In this document: in pieces, positions 28,001 to 36,858 of the stretch
Layout of the letters: the number at the start of each line of letters is the position of its first letter
How positions within the stretch are numbered: the stretch's first letter is position 1
Origin: Tubiluchus corallicola
Taxonomy: Eukaryota > Animalia > Priapulida
Reading direction: 5' to 3'
Length of the DNA stretch: 64,000 nt
NCBI GenBank assembly: GCA_030141605.1
Contig: JAQGDQ010000566.1
Location: 62,001 to 126,000, forward strand
The notes under the pieces: model-generated
What the model saw: only the letters and a program-made list of their open reading frames with translations
Told to the model about the DNA's origin: nothing
The model's database searches: none
Position numbers and translations under genes: made by a program

Positions 28001-31000
28001 CTGCTTCTAAAGGATTTTTGCAAAATTTGAAGGCCCTCAAGGTGGCAAACCTTCAGGGAACTGTTTTTTTTAATTAGGCCACTAAATAATGTCTGACAAA
28101 GTGGCTCCACATTCATAGAATTTTGTACTTTTCAGCCCCAGCGGATTCAAGATGGATTGATACACCAACAAGTGAAGGTGGAACAGCTCACCATTCAGAA
28201 TCTGATCCATACAAACTAGTTACCGAAATGTTAGAAGAACTGCAAATGGTCGACCTTCTGCCAACTTTTAAACAGAATAAAATACGGGTGGATAGCAATT
28301 TTGATTAATCGTTTTTAAAATTAGTTTCACATCGTGTGTTTGATATGCATCACACAGTTATACAGATAGCAAAAATGTCAGAACTTTAGTGCCAATTAGC
28401 CCCTGAGATTGCAAAATGTCATAACTTTAGTGCCAATTAGCCCCTGAGATTGCAAAATGTCAGAACTTTAGTGCCAATTAGCCCCTGAGACTGCAAAATG
28501 TCAGACTTTAGTGCCAATTAGCCCCTGAGACTGCAAAATGTCAGACTTTATTGCCAATTAGCCCCTGAGACTGTAAAATGTCAGAACTTTAGTGCCAATT
28601 AGCCCCTGAGACTGCAAAATGTCAGACTTTAGTGCCAATTAGCCCCTGAGACTGCAAAATGTCAGAACTTTAGTGCCAATTAGCCCCTGAGACTGTAAAA
28701 TGTCAGAACTTTAGTGCCAATTAGCCCCTGGGACTGCAAAATCTCAGACTTTAGTGCCAATTAGCCCCCGAGACAGCAAAATGTGAGAACTTTAGTGCCA
28801 ATTAGCCCCTGAGACTGTAAAATGTCAGAACTTTAGTGCCAATTAGCCCCTTAGACTGTAAAATGTCAAAACTTTAGTGCCAATTAGCCCCTGGGACTGC
28901 AAAATCTCAGACTTTAGTGCCAATTAGCCCCTGAGACTGCAAAATCTCAGACTTTAGTGCCAATTAGCCCCTGAGACTGCAAAATCTCAGACTTTAGTGC
29001 CAATTAGCCCCTGAGACTGCAAAATCTCAGACTTTAGTGCCAATTAGCCCCTGAGACTGCATAATCTCAGACTTTAGTGCCAATTAGCCCTTGAGACTGC
29101 AAAATCTCAGACGTTAGTGCCAATTAGCCCCTGAGACTGCAAAATCTCAGACTTTAGTGCCAATTAGCCCCTGAGACTGCACTTTCCAAATTTTGGGAGC
29201 CCCAACTTTGCATCACAAATTTGATTTTAAAATTTAAATTTTTTTTTGTTTATTTTTACTTAAGAGATGCTGTTTTTACAGACATTAAGCATTTCTGTAA
29301 ATGCAAAAGTGTGTACAAGGTTGTATTAGGTTGATCAGTTCTTACAACGGATTACTTATAACTTTGCAGTTTATGCGACTAATAATTGTTGTTCAAGCTT
29401 CTAGTATTAATGCTCAGTATAAAAACATTGATGACGATTTACAGCATGCAATGTCTTTTTTTTTACACTCTAGGATAAGATTCTGTCAGCTGATTTCTCC
29501 GCTTTATCGGAACTACTAAAAGAATGTGATATTCCTAGAGGTTATGTGTTTGAGCTGATTCAGTACCTGAAGATAAAGAGTAAGTGCTCAAGATTAAGAT
29601 TATGATAAAAATACATATTTAAAACCCAAGAATATGTGTGAGCAGTGCATCTCCGTGAGTACGTTTTTAGTCGGTAACAAACACCTCACTTTTGCTATGG
29701 CTGATAATTTCGTTCAGTAGAGTACTAAGTTTTATTAGGCAGGTAATGACTGTGAACGCCAGAATGCTCATAAACCATCACGATTCATCTCACAACAATT
29801 ATTACCCATTGCGGGTAATGAGTTAAGAAAAAAGGAGACGCTGAAATTTCATCCTTGTGACAGATAATCCAACAGCACCACAAGGGTGAAATCTCGGGCC
29901 TGCTCTGTCATGTTGAACTGGTAACTGGTAGAGCGGGAGGTCTAATCCCAGGGCTTTGTATTCAATTCCCAACTGGTTCACAGTTTTTCTTTTCCGCATC
30001 TCCTTTCTTCAACTCATGACCCGCAATGAGTAATAATTGTTGTAATATAACCCACAATGGTTTATGAACATTCTGGCATTCATTCGCAGTGATAATCTAG
30101 TAAATCATATTGTTAATTGTCAGCTAATTTGATAGAAGTTGATACCATAAGTGCCAAGTTTCATGAGCATGTTCTGCTCTTCTAGCGACAAAGTCACCAT
30201 TGTAGTCAAGATTAAATACTGAAACTCTGATTTGAATGTATTTTAACAGTTTGGGTCAATTACTTTTAAAATGTAGTATCACTACAAATACATTTATTCT
30301 TCTGAAAAATAGTTTCACACCCCTACAAATACTCTTATAAAAAAGTAGTTGCAACTACAACTACTCTGTAGAATTAGTGTTACTACAATAGGCACTACTA
30401 TCTACTTTTGTTTTGCAACTTCTGGGCAAATTCCAAAATATAGGTGGAACATTAAAAGAGCGGTAGCAGTCACTGACAACTAAATTGTTTAGTGACAGCT
30501 AAACAAACCCAAGTAGAAAATTTCTCAAATTGCATCAAGGTTCCAACGAAGCAGCTTATTTAGGATTCTAAAGAGACACCTGAAGGTCATTCATTCATTG
30601 TCAACACAATAGTAAGTGATTCATTAAAATATTATTCATGTGACACTTCATTTTTATATCATGCGATAAACTGCTGTTCATATTTCAAAAACTTAATTTT
30701 TTAAAGTTGCTGTCACTAAGCAAAATATGTTTTCCAAGAAGAGACACAAATAACGATGACCAGCGAGGCATGTTACACATAAAAGACTTACTTCACCGTG
30801 GCCTAAATCATTACAACTACGTATGCAGTTACACAGCTTGCTGAAGCTGTAGACGTCAGGGACGCATGCTGCAAAAACACAACTCACCATGCAGACATTA
30901 ATTGTCAGTTGCAAGAATTAAACGCAGTGCTGTAGTGCCATTACAGTTTACCGGTGTTTGTGTTCAGAGTAGTGGTCTACTTCACTATGTAGTGGCACTG

Positions 31001-34000
31001 CTGCAGTGGCGTTACTACCCAACAGTGGATTTAACTGCAGTTTATTTCAACAGAAACTGAAATTGAAGAAAAGCTGGCGAAACAGCATTCTGAGAAGCAT
31101 ATAGAAATAGAGCTCAAGCAGGCTGATGTTGAGTTGCATAACATTGAAAGAAAGCCAAAAGTTATGAAACTTGTCCCGCTGGAAAGACCTCCAGTTGACA
31201 GTGCAACTGAAGCAGTGGTGCCATCCTGTGAAGAGCTAGTCAAACCTACTACATTGGTAAGATTTCTTTGATGAGTTTTAATGTCGTTTTACGTACTGTT
31301 TAGCTGATGTTTAACTATGATGGAGTAATCTACCAGCTGTTATTAATTACCAATACGTTGCTGTTTCATTTTAATTATGCTTCTCTAATTGTTCTCTTCT
31401 CTTCTCTAAAATAAAGAAACAATTTTAAAACAAAGAAAAGGCATGACGTTTCAAACCACTGCTGCAATCAGGTGTAAAAATGAAAGAAGAAAAATCACAT
31501 AAGATACTAAAACTTATTTTTCGTTTTTTATATATTACTTATACGTAAAAATACCACATTTAAAAGTTAAATGTGGTATACAAACACATTTACAAAAATA
31601 CAATCAAATATTAAAATCATGGAGGTACTCAAAATGGAAAAACTGAAGTATCACTGGCCACAATCGCTGTAACTGCAAGAGACACACAAAAGTGTGGAAG
31701 TGCCTCTGTGTTTGAAATAGGATTGTGACTATATCCTTTTTGGTGTAGTATTTTACGTGTAAATAGTATAAAAAAAATCCCAAAAATTAGTTTTACTATT
31801 TGTGTGGTTTTTTTCTTCTCTTTTTTCCACCTTATGATAAACCTCGGTGGCTGTTTGAAATATCGTGCTTTTTTATTATTTTACTAGTGAGATTTTTTAG
31901 TAATTAATAAATGTTTTTATCTCGTCTGTTAAGTGTAACTCTGATTTTGCTCAATGCACAGAAATAAATTTCAATACCAACAACTCCAGATTTGTGTAAG
32001 TGGAAAATACCTAATTCACTACTTAACTTATATAGGCCCTTCTGTCAAATTTAATTAAATCATTTATGTGAATTATACGTTTAATATTGTGTGGGCTGTG
32101 CATATGCTTCTACTTTGGACAGGTTAAACAAATTATAAAAAAAAGTTAATTAGAATTATTACTCATTCGGATTACAGAGCTCTTACAAATGTTTTATTTA
32201 AGCAGCTTAATATTTAAAAAGTCAATAGTATTGTTTGTATGAAATTTGCGTGTAAGAAACAATACACTTCATATGTACAATACTAGGCAGTTCAATGATT
32301 ACCATATATCAAAAATAACAATTGATGTTACGAAAGATTTTATTGGTTACCAGTCCTGTTTTATGGAATAACTTGCCGTGTAATATGAAGGAAACTAATT
32401 TGTGCTTTAAAATGGAAATGAAAATTATATTTTAATATTTTTATACCACTAAATAACTTTCATTGCAAATATTTTGCAATAGTTTAAATTTTCGAATGCT
32501 TTTTATTTATTTATTTAGTTTAGCGAATTTAGCCTTATGTCTGGTGACTTTGTGGCCAGCTGTAATTTGTGTTATGAAAATGATGTAAATTATTTTATTT
32601 ATCAGAACTGTATTTTTCATGTCATAGCTAAATGACCAAGTCTTTGTTAATGTGACTTTTCGCATACAGGAAGATATTACTATGGCAAACTTAGAAAGAA
32701 AATGGCAATTTCCGTTGAGTTTTGAATTTTCTTGCAAGCAGTCTCATTTTCTGTGCCTGGCCAATGAAGAAATTATTCAGTACTTCCTTTCTAGTTTGAG
32801 AGGAGGCAGTAAATCTTTATAGTTTAACTTTTTTCAGTGTAAAATGATCATATCACTTACTTGCACTGTTTACATCTTTGCAGGCAGCTCAGCCGACATA
32901 TTCTGATTATAGTTCAGTTGTAAAGTCTAATTTATCTGAAAGTAAGAAGCAATCAGGTGAAATCAGCAGGTCCGTGCCAACTCGTCACCGTAGTGCCTCT
33001 GGCGACTATGCAGCAAGTGTTGCCCAATTGCCAGCCATGCTGTCGCCAACATCCTTGCCAGCTGTGCAAGGTAGCCAAAGATCTCGTAGGACTCCAGTCA
33101 CAGAGATGTTTATAAACCATCTACCGGATTTACGTAGTCCAGATGCTGAAGTCAGCATTCCATTAGATTCTGATCTGAAACCTCCATCAGCTTTTCTTCT
33201 TTCTCCGAGTTCTTCGTCTGATGGAAATAAACTTTTAAATGAGATTAAAACGCTTGGCGCCATGAAAGATGATTCGTTTGCTGCTACGCCGCTGAAATCG
33301 AGTGATATCATTGAAAACCAACATCTACTTACAACACTTCATCAAGACATCTCAGAAGACATTGTTCACAGATGTGAAAAGTTGGAAGTTTCAGACAGTC
33401 TACCTAAGGATGCTGATGTAAAACCTGACTGGTTTAGTCCTGCCCAGTCGCCTCAGCATTTTTCTAATCAAGTGGCTGTTGATGTTTCCAGCTCTCAGAG
33501 AGCGGAAATCTCATCCGATCAGTTTCATAAAACACTGGAGAAAGCTACTGATGCCAGGGAATTGGATAAGTTTGCTCGTAAGGGAAAGCTTTGCACCCTA
33601 CCAAGCTGGTCCAGTTGTATGGATTCTCCCAGTCCTGGTACACTGCCACAAGTGAAGCAAAGTGCCCAATCTCGCTCTTCACTTACAAGAGATTCTAACT
33701 TAGAGGATTGTGTTCGTAATAAATCAAGTTTGAATCCAATAGCCCCCATTTTTAACTCAAGAATGGCGGGGCGCAAACAGCCAATGAAGCCGCCGAATTT
33801 GAAAAGTTTAGCTCAGGACTTGATGGAGGGCAAATTCACGGAAACTCAAGCTGCTGATGGTGAGACTGTCTCAAGGAGAGATCTTGTCGAACAGCTTGAG
33901 AAAGTTTGCACTCCAGCTAATGTTTTTGAAGAGGAAGAATGGACACCACTGGATTGGAGCGAATCGGCTACAAATGTTCTGTCACAGTCCAATGTACAGG

Positions 34001-34257
34001 AGATACCTGTGGAGCCTGTTACCACTACAGTACCTGCTACTGAAGCTGCACATATTGATGACAAGCATGACTATGATCAAATGGATTATTATGATTTCTC
34101 TGAGGACGAACTTGTGCCTGTTGTTCAGGAACATGCAGTGGAAATCACTGAACAGCAGGCGAAGTTTATTTTTTCATCTGAGAGGAGGTTCTGCACAAAC
34201 TGTGGCAGCCCTGACCATCTTGTCTATTCGTGCCGTGAACAACGTCTACTCATTTGA
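1316..34257 (+). CDS. Multi-exon gene (5' end upstream of the window) encoding a Tudor + MIF4G (PAIP1-like) + SAM-like + PAM2-like + CCHC zinc-knuckle protein
   Basis: Exons assembled by splice sites and phase: 1316-1475, 3061-3179, 5104-5194, 6119-6293, 6927-7064, 10194-10307, 12582-12710, 13181-13400, 14282-14431, 14933-15019, 15499-15879, 17580-17716, 18389-18472, 19850-19972, 20584-20654, 23901-23992, 24863-24935, 25911-26071, 26198-26301, 27263-27346, 28136-28287, 29474-29579, 31054-31256, 32884-34257 (TGA). Total 4528 nt = 1 nt + 1509 codons, open throughout. The symmetric exons 10194-10307 and 18389-18472 are the least certain. Confidence 0.85.
1787..1952 (-). mobile_element. 5'-truncated RTE-clade LINE (3' end) inserted in a (TA)n tract
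   Basis: The minus strand reads GNRKRGRPKLRWFECISGDLREKNINEEMVNNRNAWRKLIHNGDPA* followed by a (GAA)n tail, the typical RTE ORF C-terminus. TATATATATATCATAT is duplicated on both sides. Confidence 0.85.
4000..4420. mobile_element. Degenerate dispersed repeat; inverted relative at about 44890-45260
   Basis: GTTAGACGGGTACTAGTGTCTGCATTTCGAAATGC (about 4257-4291) resembles the reverse complement of GCGTTTCCAAGATGCAGGCACTAGTGCCTATCTAAC (about 45032-45067). Boundaries are approximate. Confidence 0.5.
4420..4889 (-). mobile_element. Fragment of a Tigger/pogo-like element; inverted copy of 20832-21331
   Basis: Ends in GAGTCTATTAAGTGGCACCTACTG|TA. Colinear reverse-complement similarity to 20832-21331; both give the spurious ORF text YVPKEPFLLLCHLFFPFVHY. 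Confidence 0.8.
11044..11670. repeat. Dispersed repeat (probable DNA-transposon remnant); inverted copy at 16650-17214
   Basis: For example, AAAAATACTTCTGTTTCCATCT pairs with AGATGTAAACAGAAGTATTTTT, and TACTGACATCTTT..CATGAGGTAAGACAGAAACAAATTTTT pairs with AAAAAATTGTTTCTGTCTTGCCTCATG..AAAGATGTCAGTA. Confidence 0.8.
16650..17214. repeat. Inverted copy of the 11044-11670 repeat
   Basis: Colinear reverse-complement similarity over about 550-600 bp; see 11044-11670. Confidence 0.8.
17580..26301 (+). CDS. Exons encoding a MIF4G (HEAT-repeat) domain, PAIP1/CTIF/MIF4GD-like
   Basis: KQIDKVLTSHSLHHYDAILDELDKV / LELVLETIMRAAIRQGFPDASHLVILLGKF / YAVCLNKLLLKYQNQF / NYCALLARVF / FVDCVQLVLYSVGPIMEARFLNETNKIFDAIRECALSDNVPKTTKTKMLDLLLFRSENWGRV. 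The helix order matches MIF4G, and the last helix resembles the PAIP1 end (MLLKLVELRSSNWGRV, from memory). Confidence 0.8.
18992..19072. repeat. (ATT)n microsatellite
   Basis: Directly visible, about 27 units with one interruption. Confidence 0.95.
20070..20245 (+). mobile_element. Degenerate tRNA-derived SINE
   Basis: A-box-like TGGCTAAGTGG and B-box-like GGGTTCAATACTC, then CTGGCTGTTT. The same motif order occurs on the minus strand at 40640-40790. Confidence 0.5.
21586..23102 (+). mobile_element. Non-autonomous Helitron-like insertion
   Basis: A|TCTATACT... 5' end. At the 3' end, hairpin CACAAAA-TTCT-TTTTGTG (23073-23090) is followed 8 nt later by CTAG|T. A second similar terminus lies inside (CGCAAAATCTTTTGCG 22360-22375, then GGGCCTTTGCTAT). 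The 5' boundary is less certain than the 3'. Confidence 0.55.
22535..23062. repeat. (GTGTG/GTG)n-based GT-rich compound satellite
   Basis: Directly visible; higher-order units such as GTGGTGGAGTATTATGGTGTGG recur. Confidence 0.95.
28136..29579 (+). CDS. Two exons encoding a SAM-like (sterile alpha motif) domain
   Basis: VTEMLEELQMVDLLPTFKQNKIR|DKILSADFSALSELLKECDIPRGYVFELIQYLK matches the SAM pattern V..WL..L.L..Y...F....I....L.......L...GI..G....I...L. Confidence 0.6.
28369..29180. repeat. Minisatellite, 40/41-bp unit, about 20 copies
   Basis: Unit AGA(A)CTTTAGTGCCAATTAGCCCCTGAGACTGCAAAAT(G/C)TC repeated head-to-tail with no spacers. Confidence 0.97.
29740..30097. mobile_element. Foldback element: about 100-bp inverted arms around a tRNA-like remnant
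   Basis: GCCAGAATGCTCATAAACCAT..ACAACAATTATTACCCATTGCGGGTAATGAGTTAAGAAA..GGAGA pairs with TCTCCTTTCTTCAACTCATGACCCGCAATGAGTAATAATTGTTGT..ATGGTTTATGAACATTCTGGC. The centre has AACTGGTAGAGCG...TTCAATTCCC. Confidence 0.7.
31435..31880. repeat. Degenerate inverted-repeat (foldback/MITE) remnant
   Basis: 31435-31560 is loosely reverse-complementary to 31740-31880 (e.g. ACGTAAAAATACCACA / TGTAGTATTTTACGT; AGAAGAAAAATCACA / TGTGGTTTTTTTCTTCT). Confidence 0.55.
32884..34257 (+). CDS. Terminal exon of the Tudor-MIF4G gene: Ser/Pro-rich disordered region with a PAM2-like motif and C-terminal CCHC zinc knuckle
   Basis: TTTGCAG acceptor, 457 open codons plus stop. KSSLNPIAPIFNS at 33721-33759; CTNCGSPDHLVYSC (C-x2-C-x4-H-x4-C) at 34192-34233. 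Confidence 0.9.
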   Translation, partial: AAQPTYSDYSSVVKSNLSESKKQSGEISRSVPTRHRSASGDYAASVAQLPAMLSPTSLPAVQGSQRSRRTPVTEMFINHLPDLRSPDAEVSIPLDSDLKPPSAFLLSPSSSSDGNKLLNEIKTLGAMKDDSFAATPLKSSDIIENQHLLTTLHQDISEDIVHRCEKLEVSDSLPKDADVKPDWFSPAQSPQHFSNQVAVDVSSSQRAEISSDQFHKTLEKATDARELDKFARKGKLCTLPSWSSCMDSPSPGTLPQVKQSAQSRSSLTRDSNLEDCVRNKSSLNPIAPIFNSRMAGRKQPMKPPNLKSLAQDLMEGKFTETQAADGETVSRRDLVEQLEKVCTPANVFEEEEWTPLDWSESATNVLSQSNVQEIPVEPVTTTVPATEAAHIDDKHDYDQMDYYDFSEDELVPVVQEHAVEITEQQAKFIFSSERRFCTNCGSPDHLVYSCREQRLLI

Positions 34258-34340
34258 ACTGAATTGTATTCAAAAAGATGCAAGTTTCCAAATTTGTGGT
34301 TTCTTGATGCATCAGAAATGTTTTGTTACTTCAACTTCCT

Positions 34341-34434
34341 AATAAATGCGCCACATTTTCCAGAAACTTTCTCTTTTTGTAACTCCATTCAGTGTTATCT
34401 CTCATTTATGTATCTTTTCTACTTGCAAAATAAA
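34341..34434 (+). promoter_or_regulatory. Candidate polyadenylation signals
   Basis: AATAAA at 34341-34346 and 34429-34434 downstream of the stop. AT-rich context makes chance matches likely. Confidence 0.35.
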
Positions 34435-35023
34435 TGTTTTAGTATCCTAGCTTAAAGACTACCTTATATGTTTTTAAAAACACAAAAGAGCAATAATTAT
34501 TCTTGTTTTACTAATGTATAGTTACAAACGAAACTTCAGTTTAAAAACACTGTATTTTTTATTTTGTCTGTTTTTCTTAAACTGGGATGACATGTTGAGA
34601 AAATAAGCAGTTTCACATGACTTGAGTGACAGTGAAGTTTGAAAAAGAAATTTGATTTAATTCACTCGGAGATGCGACTCCCATTCTAAACTTCATAACG
34701 GCCGGAAACGTTGTTTTTGTCATTTCAACTCAAAAACTCCTAATTCTCCACTTGTGAAGCAGATATAGCCTTTATTTGATTTGCAGTGCTTATTTTATTG
34801 TTGCCCTTGAGTGGGGTTCATGTAGCATGCAGATGTGTTTTGGGGGTGCGGAATAGATAAATTCTGTTTATATTGTTTTCAATGCACTCATTTATGCAGG
34901 CTGCATATGCATAGCTTTTTCTGCAGCTATTTCCTATTGATTTTTTTTCTGCAGGCTGTTCTCCAGGTAGAAAATGCATCATAAATGCGACTTAATGCTA
35001 ATGCATTTTGCTTGGCATATTTA

Positions 35024-35608
35024 TCGTATATACTTATCTACAAGTCGAATTTTTGAGAGGTGATTTTAATGTCAAATTTTTGGGGGTCGACTTATACTTA
35101 AGATATGTTTTAGGGAGATGTCGCTAAAGAGTCATCTACAATATGAATATGTAAAGAAATAATCCTTCATTATACACTGGACTGAATGAACACTCATACT
35201 GTGATACTTCACATCAGAGAATGTTCGCATCTTGTCATTACTTCACAAAATTAACAAATATTACTGTAATTTATTTTAATGTATGTGAAATTAAATTAAA
35301 ATTTATGTTACCAGTAAATGAACTAGCGCGGAGCACTCGATCAGCACATGGAAATCGCCAATGTTGTGCAGGTGCTGCCGCCTCTCGGCTTCCACGAGAA
35401 GTTTTACACTGGCCTTGTATGTGCGTGTTTTATTGGCAAAATATCGATTACCATACACGCGTATATTTAACACTTCATGATTTGCTCTGGAAGATCTTAA
35501 TATTTTATGGTCGACTTGTACACAGGTAATATATAAAATGATGCAATTTTTGGGCTTAAATGCACATCGACTTGTACATAAGGTCGGCTTGTACATAAGT
35601 GTATATAG
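35024..35608. mobile_element. Tc2/pogo-like MITE
   Basis: TA|TCGTATATACTTATCTACAAGTCGA ... TCGGCTTGTACATAAGTGTATATAG|TA, with repeated TCGACTT(A/G)TAC subterminal motifs. Confidence 0.7.
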
Positions 35609-35620
35609 TAGTTTGGCTAT

Positions 35621-35957
35621 CAGTTCTTAACCTGGCTTCAGTGAGTCAGTCTCGGGGGGGGGGGGGGTGTTTGACGGAGGTGTTCGTGCGTGTGTCCATT
35701 CCGTTCACCAGTGTTGCTAGGTGCATTAATATACTTTGACATTCACATAATACTTTTATGGCATTTTCAATGTTTCACCATAAGAAACTGAAAGATACTG
35801 ATGAATATTTATGGTAAATTCTAAAATCTGTAGCGCAATTTATGGCAAAACACATCATTGTTATGCAGTTTTATTTTTCCAACTATGAAGGGTTCGGTGA
35901 ATGCACACGTATGAAGCTTGCGGGGTTCAGTACCTCCAGCAAGGTTAAGAACCACTG
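35621..35957. mobile_element. hAT-like MITE
   Basis: CAG--TTCTTAACCT ... AGGTTAAGAACCACTG ends resemble hAT (Charlie-type) CAGTGGTTCTTAACCT termini. Confidence 0.55.
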
Positions 35958-36461
35958 ATTTTGTATAATGTACTGCTTTTTGCTGTGAATGGGCTTTTAC
36001 TTATTTCTGCATGTTTTTGGAGCTTGTTAATTCACAAAGGGGAGTTTTTTAGTCCAAAAATTTGCGAGCTTTCAAAATTAGATCTATTTTACGGTACTGC
36101 ACTGTTTATCTTTACTGAAATCCATTGCCTTGTTGTACTTTATTGCAGGTACTTATTGAACAAAAAAAAGTCGCATTTAGGTGTTTTTTTGCTTTGTCAC
36201 AACATTCTTGTTTTGCCATCAATAATAATAGTTATATAGTTTAATTATTGTTAAGATAGTATCTTAGAAGAAATTAAGCTAAATGAAGTAGTGGTGTGGT
36301 GATACTTATTTTATTATTTGTCATCAGACTACAGTAGTATATGTGGTAAAATAGGCCAGTCATACTCATGCACCAGCTGAAAAATGTCTACATTTCTAAA
36401 ATTGTTATTTCTGTATACGTGCATGTAGGTACGATTTATATTTGGGGGGTGTTAATTTGTA

Positions 36462-36858
36462 TAGTATTGGTGAGCATCGAATGTTCGAGTTTGAACGAGC
36501 TTTTTTAGTTCGATTTCGATTTGAACCTAAAATTAAGATTCGAATAATTCAGCCCTTCAGCCACTTATGTTCTTTATCATTAAAACGTTTGAAACAGCAT
36601 GGAATTAGCAATTAGCACAATTTTGCTGCAATTTCTGTGCAAAATGTGCAATAAACTAGCAGTGGTTTTACTGCAGAACAAAATCAAGTACTCTGCATGA
36701 TCTTTGTAAGGCCACTTTTTACTAGTGGTTCGAAAACAGGTTCAAAATTCTTTCAAACTCAATTCAAATTCGATTCGAAATTCGGTTCAATCTGTAGTCG
36801 AAAGTCACATATTTGATTCGATTCGAATTCGCATTCTAGTAGAGAATGCTCACCCCTA
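36462..36858. mobile_element. MITE with GGTGAGCAT termini and TTCGA-rich subterminal repeats
   Basis: GGTGAGCAT (about 36469) pairs with ATGCTCACC (about 36846). Many TTCGAA/TTCGAT motifs lie inside both ends. Confidence 0.6.

Noticed and set aside
28369-29180. CRISPR-like array
   Set aside because: Units are contiguous with no unique spacers, there are no cas genes, and the context is a eukaryotic intron. The same applies to 56552-56965.
30493-30611. Possible extra or poison exon ending in a strong GTAAGT donor
   Set aside because: Contains an in-frame TAG (30561-30563), and exons 29579 and 31054 already join in phase. There is no evidence beyond chance splice-like motifs.
33006-34342. Antisense and alternative-frame ORFs over the last exon
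   Set aside because: Shadows of the real 457-codon exon with no recognisable motifs.
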